64,000 bases of DNA from a virus. Of this stretch, positions 1 to 8,727 are shown piece by piece. Each line of letters begins with the position of its first letter. The stretch's first letter is position 1. The notes beneath the pieces were generated by a model, which saw only the letters and a program-made list of their open reading frames with translations, did not search any database and was not told the origin of the DNA. The stretch spans positions 817-64,816 of the IMG/VR virus record IMGVR_UViG_3300009999_000003. One strand, 5' to 3'. Made by a program: the position numbers and the translations under genes.

Positions 1-143
1 GGGCATATATCGATCCACCTCAACCCTGTTTCACCTATACCCTGTTAAGCATCCACAAATGGCTCTATATCAACGTTTATAGTGTTTATAATACAGACAG
101 TAATACAGCAGGGTATATCGGATAGTACCGAAAGGGTACGTCT

Positions 144-414
144 TGTAAACGCTTACACCATTGGCGCTCTAAGGCTCAGAGCCTCTCAAGGCATCATCGG
201 CTTTTGGTGCGGTCTCTCAATTTCACAAAATCGGATTTGTTGTAAGCGCTTAACCCGTTCTGGCAGTAGGGTTCATACCGCTTTGAGTCGTTTGTGAATC
301 GGTGTTTTAGGCTCAAATGAACTCGGGTTTTTCACAAACTTTGCTCAAATTTTAGGTGTTGACACTCACAAACCGTTGGTGTGCCTCAAAAAAATATTTA
401 TGAGAACGCTTACA
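144..414. promoter_or_regulatory. Three cre-like (CcpA) boxes
   Basis: TGTAAACGCTTACA (144-157), TGTAAGCGCTTAAC (241-254), TGAGAACGCTTACA (401-414) fit the TGNNARCGNWWWCA consensus. Confidence 0.5.
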
Positions 415-474
415 AAGTTTGTGAATTAGACTGTTTTCAAAAAATGAATAGTCGTTCATAAAAAAAGTTTTTAA

Positions 475-648
475 TAAATTAGGTCAATGCTTAAAATCGG
501 CTATAAACCGTTGGTACATAAGGGTTTATAGCACTTCGAAGGAAAATCGGATAAAAATTGATTTTTTTAAATTAGGTCAATGATTGAAATTAGCTCTAAA
601 CCGTTGGCGCTCTAAGGCTGAAGCCACTTCCATCGATCAAAAATCGAC
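475..648 (+). repeat. Imperfect 93-bp tandem repeat containing AAACCGTTGG-N-AAGG palindromic elements
   Basis: TAAATTAGGTCAATG...TAAACCGTTGG...CACTTC...AAAATCG starts at 475 and 568; related elements at 155, 370 and inverted at 676-712. Confidence 0.8.
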
Positions 649-808
649 CTTTCCGGACGACGTACAAAATCCAATGTGCCTTGAACCCTTGCGTACCAAC
701 GGTTTGAGGCACTTTTTCATGTCCAAAATCGAGTCCTTTAGCCTCATTTGAAAATTAAATAAGGCAATTCCGGACGGTCTCCCGAATCAGGAAATTTTAA
801 ATTAGTGT

Positions 809-837
809 TTGACAGGTGAAAATGCCTGTGAGATATT
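809..837 (+). promoter_or_regulatory. sigmaA-type promoter for the long early leader
   Basis: TTGACA-17-GATATT with TG at -15/-14, A/T-rich upstream, followed by hairpin GTGTGCC..GGCACAC (842-865). Confidence 0.55.
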
Positions 838-841
838 ATTG

Positions 842-1445
842 GTGTGCCAAGCAAGAACGGCACACAACACAACACACGACAGACACACACCTCCACGGAG
901 CGTGTGAGCGAGTCGACCACCATATGAAACGGAGGAGCGCATATACGCAAAATCAAGACACCTTTCTGCACTCAGACGTACTTTGACAATCGAATAATTC
1001 GGCACTGGCTCGGAAAAGCCTTATAGTGCGAGGTGGGTAGATTCCCTCCTATAGCGATAAAAAGTCAGGAAAAGGGTGACAGTAAGACCTAGTTCCGCAA
1101 ACTGATGACCACACCGGACAGTCGGTTGATTGGCTCGTGAGGAGTGTTATATAGTCCGTGGACTATATAATTACCCGTCTCAAGCTGAGAGATTTGAGGA
1201 GTAAGTGTGCGAGGAGATAAGGATAAGAGTTCCACAAACCGTAATAGGTTTGCCCTCTAGGGAGATACCCTACAGGAGTAAAAACAGCTACTAACAAGGC
1301 TATAAGTTTGCACTTTAGCAACACAGATTTTACACGCTTTACACCTTCCGAAACACCTGAACACACGCTTTACACCTTCGCAAAACCGCTTCAAACACAA
1401 ACTTTTTAGCCTTGTTAGTAGCGAAAATGCTTAGCCAACTAAAGC
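842..1445 (+). ncRNA. Candidate long structured leader/ncRNA with boxA-like element
   Basis: No credible ORF; boxA-like GTACTTTGACAATCGAATA at 978-996; hairpins at 1002-1029, 1147-1170, 1179-1198, 1235-1252, 1258-1272. Confidence 0.5.
1332..1379 (+). repeat. 17-bp direct repeat ACACGCTTTACACCTTC x2
   Basis: Exact copies at 1332-1348 and 1363-1379. Confidence 0.85.
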
Positions 1446-1452
1446 AAAACTA

Positions 1453-1507
1453 TTGCAAATGTGCTAGGTCACTGATAGATTTATCAGTGTCCAATGGACA
1501 ATTGCAA
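1453..1507 (+). other. Conserved RNA hairpin copy 1 (GCUA/AAUGG internal loop)
   Basis: Outer stem TTGCAA/TTGCAA, inner stem GG-CACTGATA/TATCAGTG-CC. Confidence 0.65.
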
Positions 1508-1540
1508 CTCACAAATAAGCCATAAAAGGGGAAAATTAAC

Positions 1541-1984
1541 ATGAAAATTGAGAAGTTTACTGCACGAGAAGGACGCAAAATAGACGGAGAAACACTGGTC
1601 GGAGTACACTGGAACGCACACAAAAAATGTTGGTCGATAGTAGGCATGAAGTCACGTAAGACCACGGCACTCGTACTTGGATACTGTGACGAGATAACAC
1701 TGCGAGACGTAACGACGCACATAGATAAATCTAAACAGCGCAAAGTAATAGAATCGCCAACAGGTGCAAAGGATAGACACGCTTTCATGGTCGGATACAT
1801 CGACGACTTAGAGGCAATACACGACGGGAAACCCGTGTACTACAAGCCACAGTGCGTAAGCAACTTTGTTGATGCTGAGTCCTACTTCAAGAATGGAGAA
1901 GTGAATTACATTGATCAGGCAAATTCGGTCAGTCTGTCTTGGGATAAGTCTAAGAACCGACCAGTCGTAACTTACTCTGCTTAA
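1541..1984 (+). CDS. Hypothetical phage protein
   Basis: 147-aa ORF, AAAGGGG RBS. Confidence 0.8.
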   Translation: MKIEKFTAREGRKIDGETLVGVHWNAHKKCWSIVGMKSRKTTALVLGYCDEITLRDVTTHIDKSKQRKVIESPTGAKDRHAFMVGYIDDLEAIHDGKPVYYKPQCVSNFVDAESYFKNGEVNYIDQANSVSLSWDKSKNRPVVTYSA

Positions 1985-1992
1985 ACAAAAGT

Positions 1993-2048
1993 ATTGCAAC
2001 TATGCTAGGCTACTGATACGCTATCAGTAGCCAATGGATTGTTGCAAT
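1993..2048 (+). other. Conserved RNA hairpin copy 2
   Basis: ATTGCAAC/GTTGCAAT outer, GGCTACTGATA/TATCAGTAGCC inner, GCTA/AATGG loop. Confidence 0.7.
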
Positions 2049-2080
2049 CCAAAACTAAACCATGATAGGGGAAATTTAAA

Positions 2081-2500
2081 ATGACAAACACAACTCAAGC
2101 ACAGGAAAAAAAATACTTCCGGTTCGATATCAACGAGCTTGAAGAAGGCATGAAAGTAATAGATGTTGACTACGAAATAGAAACTTTCGAAGAGATGAAA
2201 CAATTTCTTGTAGACTTCTGGAACGAGGACTTTTACGGAGGCACTTCGGACTTGACTGAAGAGGAGCATAAGAAACTCGTAGAAGAAATTTTAGCTGTCA
2301 CAGATTTGAGTGAACTTGATGACCGTTTAGGTGGAATCGGATGGTCATATTGCGATATGGACGAGGACGGCAACCCGATTTGGGAAGAGATGACGACGAC
2401 GCTAACATGCACTTGTGAGCAAGATGCGAAGAGCCAAGAAAAATTCTTCACAGACCACGGAGCATGTCAGGTCTGTGTATATACATCGGAGGGAAAATAA
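2081..2500 (+). CDS. Acidic hypothetical protein with C-terminal Cys motif
   Basis: 139 aa, AGGGG RBS; shares domain with 5938 ORF; CTC...CQVC. Confidence 0.8.
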   Translation: MTNTTQAQEKKYFRFDINELEEGMKVIDVDYEIETFEEMKQFLVDFWNEDFYGGTSDLTEEEHKKLVEEILAVTDLSELDDRLGGIGWSYCDMDEDGNPIWEEMTTTLTCTCEQDAKSQEKFFTDHGACQVCVYTSEGK

Positions 2501-2501
2501 A

Positions 2502-2765
2502 ATGAATTCATCACTAGCAGACGTAAAAAAGGCACTCAAAATAATAAGCGACGCAGAAAAAAATGCAGAGGTTAGCATAGAAGAATTTGGCGAAGGATAT
2601 AACGTTTACTTCACGATATTCTCGGGAGAAGGAAAGGTAATTGAGAGCTTCACGATGTCCGATGAAGAGAAAAAATCTCAAGCTATATCACGAGCTAAAC
2701 GTATTGAGGACTCGATAAATAAACTAGGTGTACCGATTAAAAATCTCGGTATCACGAGTTGGTAA
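2502..2765 (+). CDS. Hypothetical protein
   Basis: GGAGGG RBS before ATG 2502; 87 aa. Confidence 0.75.
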   Translation: MNSSLADVKKALKIISDAEKNAEVSIEEFGEGYNVYFTIFSGEGKVIESFTMSDEEKKSQAISRAKRIEDSINKLGVPIKNLGITSW

Positions 2766-2768
2766 ATC

Positions 2769-2821
2769 ATTCACTCATGCTAGGAGAGACAAAAAATTGT
2801 CTCTCTCATGGATTAGTGAAT
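2769..2821 (+). other. Conserved RNA hairpin copy 3
   Basis: ATTCACT/AGTGAAT outer, GGAGAGACAA/TTGTCTCTCT inner, GCTA/CATGG loop. Confidence 0.7.
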
Positions 2822-2852
2822 CCAAAATAAAACATGACAGGGGAAATTAAAA

Positions 2853-3629
2853 ATGGCAACAGCTACAAACGTAATAATACCAACATTCAACAACGAGGTG
2901 CAGGCTAAAAAATGGGAGAAGGCAAACAAAAAAACTGTGCCTGCTACTAACATCCTATTCCGCTTGAGTGAAGGGAATAAAAAATTAAAAGACTCGTCGG
3001 TGGTTAGCTTCTACCAGTGGAATATAACGAGCGTCGTATCTTGTCCGTACCGTACAGCGATGTGCGAAGCATCATGCTATGCACTGAAAGCAGAAAAAAT
3101 GTATCCAACGGTGGCGAAGCGTCGAGACATGAATCTAGAATTCTCGAGATCCGCAGAATTCGTGGAGTCTATGATTGAGCAGATACAGTTCGAGCTTGAC
3201 CGCAAAAAAAATAAGGGTAAGACTATCTTCTTCCGAATTCACGAAGCAGGAGACTTCTACGACCGTGAATATACTGACAAGTGGGTACAGATTGCGAATC
3301 ACTTTAAAGGCAACCGAAAAATAGTTTTCATGGCATATACGAAGTCGCTCCCATTTGTGAAGGCAATGTACAAGAAGTACGGAAAAGAAAATGTGAACAT
3401 CACGTTCAAGTCATCTATTTGGGAAGACACGAAAGAAAAGTTCGTCAAGATGACTGAAGAAGTCGGCATGAGTGTCTTCACTGCACTTCCGAAAGGACAA
3501 CTTGAGGAGAAAAATTACTTCTCATGTCCTGCAAGTGAGGCATTCAAGAATACGCCAAAAGAAAAAGATTGTGGACAGTGTAAAGTGTGCTACGTCGGTT
3601 CTGTCAACGTCGCTATTGAAATTCACTAA
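2853..3629 (+). CDS. Gp88-like phage protein (Cys-rich, possible Fe-S)
   Basis: GNKKL, CP-x5-C-x3-CYA, FRIHEAGDF, AYTKS, CxxCxxC motifs typical of the Gp88 family. Confidence 0.75.
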   Translation: MATATNVIIPTFNNEVQAKKWEKANKKTVPATNILFRLSEGNKKLKDSSVVSFYQWNITSVVSCPYRTAMCEASCYALKAEKMYPTVAKRRDMNLEFSRSAEFVESMIEQIQFELDRKKNKGKTIFFRIHEAGDFYDREYTDKWVQIANHFKGNRKIVFMAYTKSLPFVKAMYKKYGKENVNITFKSSIWEDTKEKFVKMTEEVGMSVFTALPKGQLEEKNYFSCPASEAFKNTPKEKDCGQCKVCYVGSVNVAIEIH

Positions 3630-3695
3630 AACAAAAGTATTGCAAAAATAAAATCATGAGAGTCAGAAATGGCTCTCTCAAAGGGGAAAATAATC

Positions 3696-3830
3696 ATGGT
3701 ATTAACATTCATCGTCACTTTATTCACAGGTATGTCTATAGGTGTTCTAGTTCCAATATTGTTCAAGGAGCATAAGAAAGTTGAGAAAAAATATTGGGCA
3801 GGCTTAGAGAAGTACGCAGTCAAGAAGTAA
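3696..3830 (+). CDS. Small membrane protein (44 aa)
   Basis: AAGGGG RBS; MVLTFIVTLFTGMSIGVLVPILF followed by basic tail; below ORF-track cutoff. Confidence 0.65.
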   Translation: MVLTFIVTLFTGMSIGVLVPILFKEHKKVEKKYWAGLEKYAVKK

Positions 3831-3861
3831 TCAAAACAAAAATAGAGGAGAGTGTTAGAAA

Positions 3862-4467
3862 ATGAAAATCCTAAAAACAATCGAGAGCGTATTGGCGAAA
3901 AAAGAATTAAAGGTTGGTCATCCTGCAGTGGCAACAATCCGGAAAGACACGTTGAAAAAATCTTTAGAGCGTGGTGAATTCCATAAAATAATACTCGTGT
4001 TCAATCACGACACTCAAAATAAAGTGTCTGATAGCGAAGCCGTTTTGTATAACTACAACATCGGATTGTCTCCTGATTGTTGGGTACAGCCGAACACAAA
4101 AATAATAGACGGAGTGGAGTGCTACGAAATAAATATCAGCTTCCATTCAAACTTGGCTTACAACGTCTATGTTCCGAAAAATGAAGAAAAAACTTACATC
4201 GTCATGAACGCTCAAGATACTTGCGAATGGTCGGAGGGTGGCATTGATCATATCCGAGAAGTAATTCGTGAGAACTGGGGAATGATTGAGTGCGAGACGG
4301 TCGAGGAATATCATGCACTGGAAAAAAGTATTATGACTGCCAATCTTGAGGATGAAGACTTGCAGAACTGCCTTGAGCAAATCGATTACAGAGTATTCGA
4401 AAGCCATAAAGAAATGATTGAGTGGCGTATAGAGCTAGGAATGGAAACCGGAGAAGAAACAGACTGA
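3862..4467 (+). CDS. Hypothetical mosaic protein
   Basis: 201 aa; N-domain paralogous to 7738 ORF. Confidence 0.8.
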   Translation: MKILKTIESVLAKKELKVGHPAVATIRKDTLKKSLERGEFHKIILVFNHDTQNKVSDSEAVLYNYNIGLSPDCWVQPNTKIIDGVECYEINISFHSNLAYNVYVPKNEEKTYIVMNAQDTCEWSEGGIDHIREVIRENWGMIECETVEEYHALEKSIMTANLEDEDLQNCLEQIDYRVFESHKEMIEWRIELGMETGEETD

Positions 4468-4504
4468 GTAACGTCCAAAATAAAAATGACAGGGGAAAAT
4501 AAAA

Positions 4505-4774
4505 ATGAAGATGAGCAAAGTAGATTATGAAAAAGTAACAAATGCATTTGAGAGTCAGAAAGAAATAATAGCCTCGCATTACGAGGCTATTAAAAAATCT
4601 GACAACTATAACAATCTAGGCGTCCTAATCGTCCGTGTAGCATGGGACGCCTGTCGTCATGCACTTGGAACGAAGTTTATTCTAGATCAGTACGAAAAGG
4701 GTTTAAATGATAGTCATGTTCAGACGGCAATTGTAAAAGCACTCAAAAAAATTATGACAGGAGAGGTTAAATAA
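4505..4774 (+). CDS. Hypothetical protein
   Basis: 89 aa, AGGGG RBS. Confidence 0.75.
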   Translation: MKMSKVDYEKVTNAFESQKEIIASHYEAIKKSDNYNNLGVLIVRVAWDACRHALGTKFILDQYEKGLNDSHVQTAIVKALKKIMTGEVK

Positions 4775-5142
4775 TGAAGAGACTCACAGAGATAATAAAC
4801 CATGTAACGGCTAAAATCGAACATCCGGAATTAAAATTTAATGGCTATGAATTTGAGACGGAGCCAGTATACGTTGGTGACGGATGGTCGCAAGAAGTAT
4901 TCCGCTTGGAGATTGATAAAAAATCAGGTGATGCAAAAATATACTGTGCCAACACAGATGAGTTTGATGTGACCGACGATGTAACGCATCTCTTCGATGT
5001 GAAGAAAATAAAGTCTGCTATCAACGAGTACATGAGAAGAAACATGACCTTCAACTATGGAAGTAATTATATAAAGTATCTTCACTTGGTAGAGTCGGGT
5101 ATGAGTGAGCGTGAAGCGTTCGAACGAGCTATAACAGTTTAA
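4774..5142 (+). CDS. Hypothetical protein
   Basis: 122 aa, TAATG coupling, GAGG RBS. Confidence 0.75.
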   Translation: MKRLTEIINHVTAKIEHPELKFNGYEFETEPVYVGDGWSQEVFRLEIDKKSGDAKIYCANTDEFDVTDDVTHLFDVKKIKSAINEYMRRNMTFNYGSNYIKYLHLVESGMSEREAFERAITV

Positions 5143-5176
5143 GTTAAAAAATAAAAAATGACAGGGGAAAATTAAA

Positions 5177-5902
5177 ATGGAAAATATCAAAATAAAATGT
5201 GCAGGATGCGGAGAGTCAACGTTTATAGGTGAATGGAATGAAGCGAATGTCAGAATCGTCAAAGGAAAAAGAGCTTTTGCAGGTGGCTGTCCAGTGTGTT
5301 TGGGAGAGTTTTACGAGGATGATGAGAACTTATACTCTATCAATGAAGCCTTGAGCAATTTAAGAGCTGTTGGGTCATCGATAAATAATTTGACGGATGA
5401 CTTAATTGATGAGTTAGATAATTTTCTCGGCAGTAGAGAGCTGTGTTCAGATTTAAGACTATACCTCATGTCACTAGAGAAACCAGTTGAAAAAATTCTT
5501 TACAGAGGTATGAACTACCCGACAAATCTACTTGCAGTTGGCAAGGTAGTAGAAGAATGGCACGGCTCAACTCATTGGTCAAAAAAAATAAAGATTGCAA
5601 AGAGATTTGCCTTTGATCCATATATTAACGACGACCTTCTGAAAGAACTGAGTCAAGATGAGTATCTCCTAAGAGAAAATAATGTTAGCTGTGCCAGTGA
5701 ATTATTCAAGCCTATTGTACTTAGACTTAAAGAAAGTAAAAAAGCTATAGATATTCACAAGATAACAAAGAAGTACAAAAAGTTAGAAAAATGGAGAAAA
5801 GAAAAAGAAGTGACATTTATCGGCTCCGACTTCATGATTGAGAGCATTGAGTATGTAGAGTCTGACAAACCGTACTATCTAGTTGATGTAACAGAGTGTT
5901 GA
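5177..5902 (+). CDS. Zn-ribbon + ADP-ribosyltransferase-like protein
   Basis: CxxC..CxxC N-terminus; LYRG, STHWS-x5-A-x2-F, EKEV match R-S-E ART motif order. Confidence 0.55.
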   Translation: MENIKIKCAGCGESTFIGEWNEANVRIVKGKRAFAGGCPVCLGEFYEDDENLYSINEALSNLRAVGSSINNLTDDLIDELDNFLGSRELCSDLRLYLMSLEKPVEKILYRGMNYPTNLLAVGKVVEEWHGSTHWSKKIKIAKRFAFDPYINDDLLKELSQDEYLLRENNVSCASELFKPIVLRLKESKKAIDIHKITKKYKKLEKWRKEKEVTFIGSDFMIESIEYVESDKPYYLVDVTEC

Positions 5903-5937
5903 TTAGTCAAAATAAACTATGACAGGGGAAAATTAAA

Positions 5938-6387
5938 ATGAAAATTAAAATTACAAGTGAGTGGACTGTTCCAACTTGGTATTCAAATAAGATTGGAGAG
6001 GTATTCGAAGTAGCAGAAGTTGCTGAGAATGGAGACGTAAGAGTCAAGAATGAAAATGAATATAACTCGATGTGGGTATTCACCGGAAGCTTTGAAGAGG
6101 TTCAAGAAGAAAAAAAATATATGCGCTATGACGAAGGTAGACGTAACGTAAACGAGTTCAACATAAAAAATGTCGAAGACCATGAGATTGAGACACTTAA
6201 GGAGACAAAGAACTGGCTCGAAGCTCATATTGCTAATAATTATGACGATGAATACGATGACGAAGAATTTGATGAGTTAGTGGATGAGATTGAAAAAGCT
6301 GACTTCGAAGATATGCAGGAAATTTTATATCGATTTGATTATGGATTAGTAGAGATTGACAAGGATGGAAACGGATTCTTAGATTAA
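5938..6387 (+). CDS. Acidic hypothetical protein
   Basis: 149 aa; C-domain paralogous to 2081 ORF. Confidence 0.8.
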   Translation: MKIKITSEWTVPTWYSNKIGEVFEVAEVAENGDVRVKNENEYNSMWVFTGSFEEVQEEKKYMRYDEGRRNVNEFNIKNVEDHEIETLKETKNWLEAHIANNYDDEYDDEEFDELVDEIEKADFEDMQEILYRFDYGLVEIDKDGNGFLD

Positions 6388-6406
6388 AATAATGGGAGGA
6401 AATAAA

Positions 6407-7240
6407 ATGGCTCAACAAGATAAAATAATAGCAGAGCGTACCGATCGGAATGGCACGAAGCACCAAACAGTTGAAACCCACTGCGATAGATGCGGTGGGA
6501 AAGGTGGTTCGAAAGCATGGAGATATACAGGAGAAACCTGCTTTAAGTGTAACGGCACTGGTCGCATGGTAGTTGCTAGAAAAGTTTACACTTCGGAACA
6601 TGAAGAAAAACTTCGCATAAAGAGAGCGAAGGCAGAAGAAAAGAAACTAGAAGCGATTCGTGCAGAGGCGCCAAAAAGAAATGCTGAGTATCTAGAAAAG
6701 ATTGGCTATCATAACGGAAAAATATTTGCTGTGCTTGGTGAGACATTTAGCATCAAGAACGAGCTGAAAGAAAAGAATGCTAAGTGGGGAGGAGCTGTCA
6801 TCGGATGGTACTTCTCAGAGGATAAAAAAGAATACGACACTGTCGAACTTGACGTCTCTAAGCTGATTAAATATGGAGATCTCGGAGAAGTCAGAGAGAA
6901 ATTTGATGATGAAGTGATTCAGTATGTAGAGGGACAGAAAAAAATAGATGATGAACCTATATCTAAGTGGATCGGTGAAGAGGGACAGCGTTTAGATCTA
7001 GAATTAAAAATTATCAACTCATTCGAAATTGACAGCTTCTACGGGTTCTCATGCATCAATAAGCTTAAGGATGAGAACGGAAATATTTTTGTATGGAAAA
7101 CATCGTCAGACTTAGCACACATGTATGGAGAAGGTTCTACGGTAAAGGTAAAAGGAACAATCAAAGAGCATTCGACGTTCCGAGAAGAAAAACAGACTGT
7201 GCTTACACGATGCAGAATAAAAAAAGAAGAGGTGCTTTAA
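6407..7240 (+). CDS. Zn-finger / OB-fold-like phage protein
   Basis: CDRCGGKG..CFKCNGTG; C-terminal KGTIKEH..KQTVLTR OB-like end; GGGAGG RBS. Confidence 0.7.
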   Translation: MAQQDKIIAERTDRNGTKHQTVETHCDRCGGKGGSKAWRYTGETCFKCNGTGRMVVARKVYTSEHEEKLRIKRAKAEEKKLEAIRAEAPKRNAEYLEKIGYHNGKIFAVLGETFSIKNELKEKNAKWGGAVIGWYFSEDKKEYDTVELDVSKLIKYGDLGEVREKFDDEVIQYVEGQKKIDDEPISKWIGEEGQRLDLELKIINSFEIDSFYGFSCINKLKDENGNIFVWKTSSDLAHMYGEGSTVKVKGTIKEHSTFREEKQTVLTRCRIKKEEVL

Positions 7241-7241
7241 T

Positions 7242-7682
7242 ATGAGACGAACAAAAAGCGAAATGAATTTAATGCGTGACGATGCCAAGTACTATTTGCT
7301 GTTAAATAATAATAATCCTCACCTAGCATTTGAAAGCATGGTGAAAGAAAATCTTGAGACAGGTTCGAAAACTCCCTACTACATCAAGGGTGTAAAGGAT
7401 TTCATAGAAGTATCAAAGGATCTAGCGCTTGAACTAAATCGCATTAGCGAGATGAGAAAGAGAGATAAGCTTAAGGTTGAAGATGAGAATAAAGTAAAGG
7501 AACGTATTGCGAGTCTAGATTTAGCAGAGGTGAAAAAAATTTACAGTGAAAACAAGGATACTGTAAGACATTCAGATAAATTGAATCTGCACGATGTTTA
7601 CATGAACGTATTTACAGATGGATACATGAAGATTGAATTAATCGATGAGTCGATAGTTAGAACATTTCAACGCATCTTTTAA
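7242..7682 (+). CDS. Hypothetical protein
   Basis: 146 aa, GAGGTG RBS. Confidence 0.75.
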   Translation: MRRTKSEMNLMRDDAKYYLLLNNNNPHLAFESMVKENLETGSKTPYYIKGVKDFIEVSKDLALELNRISEMRKRDKLKVEDENKVKERIASLDLAEVKKIYSENKDTVRHSDKLNLHDVYMNVFTDGYMKIELIDESIVRTFQRIF

Positions 7683-7737
7683 AATACAACTAAAGAAAAG
7701 TATTGCAAAATAAAACTATGAAATGAGGAATTTTAAA

Positions 7738-8655
7738 ATGAAAAAAATCATCAACTCTATCCAAAAGGCATTGGCGAAAATCGAAGGAAAAGAAAATCGC
7801 TACTCCGCTACGGTACGACAAGATGTAGTTCGACGGGCAATCGAGCGAGGTGAATTCTTGAAAATAAAATGTGCCTATCATTACACAGATGACTATGCAT
7901 GGGATGCAGTAAATAATCACGGAAAAAAAGATTCTGTTTCAAAAGAAACGATGTTGCGAGAATACAGTATCCTCACTCCTTCATGTTGGGTTGATAAGAA
8001 AACTCACATGATCGATGGAGTCGAGTCCTATGAGGTGAGTATCAGTTTCCATCAAAATCTCGCTTACGATATGTATGTTCCTGTGAATGGAGAAATGAGT
8101 ATTGATCCGAAAGAGAAGGCTCTCAACTACGAAGCCGGAGAGTATTGTACGACAGGTGAAAAAGAAATTGATTGGGTTGAAGAGAAAAAAATTATCCGCT
8201 CTAGCGATCTCGAAAAGCTTCCAAAGCATCTCGCAGAGAAAATTATCGATGACATCATCAGTAACTTTGAATGGATTAAGTTGAAATACTTCACTCGTGA
8301 TGAGGTGATGAAGTATATCGACGAGTATGGAATTGAGGCTAGATGCGAAGTTAATGGTATTCATGGTCAGAAAGCCTGCTTGAGTCTCGAAGATGTCTGG
8401 AACAATACGTTCGATTTAAAATACTTCAATCATGTATTTACGAAGGGAGAAAAATCTCATCCATTAATGAAGACAATCGAAATTGAATCATTTGGCATTG
8501 GAGCGCAAAAGACATGGATGGTGAGAGAAAAAACTCTTCATACAAATGGTAATACATTGTTTGATATTACAAGTTCATCTAGTCGTGAGGATGCGATAAA
8601 AAAGGCTCAAGTCATGAAAGATATTTCAAACATTCCAGTGCAAATCAAAGAGTAA
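7738..8655 (+). CDS. Hypothetical mosaic protein
   Basis: GAGG RBS; N-domain paralogous to 3862 ORF. Confidence 0.8.
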   Translation: MKKIINSIQKALAKIEGKENRYSATVRQDVVRRAIERGEFLKIKCAYHYTDDYAWDAVNNHGKKDSVSKETMLREYSILTPSCWVDKKTHMIDGVESYEVSISFHQNLAYDMYVPVNGEMSIDPKEKALNYEAGEYCTTGEKEIDWVEEKKIIRSSDLEKLPKHLAEKIIDDIISNFEWIKLKYFTRDEVMKYIDEYGIEARCEVNGIHGQKACLSLEDVWNNTFDLKYFNHVFTKGEKSHPLMKTIEIESFGIGAQKTWMVREKTLHTNGNTLFDITSSSSREDAIKKAQVMKDISNIPVQIKE

Positions 8656-8727
8656 TTATTAATTATTGACCATTAAAAAATGTAGAAACTAACAAAAAAA
8701 ACTAACTATGAAAAGGCGGAATTTAAA

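Noticed and set aside
222..426. TTGTGAA/TTCACAA as Rex operators
   Set aside because: Only isolated half-sites; never in the TTGTGAA-N4-TTCACAA arrangement
983..1011. TTGACA at 983 as a promoter
   Set aside because: No -10 at 16-18 bp; better explained as part of a boxA-like element
82..1366. ORFs 82-297, 744-971, 802-1005, 1163-1366
   Set aside because: No RBS, atypical composition, overlap repeats and structured RNA-like sequence
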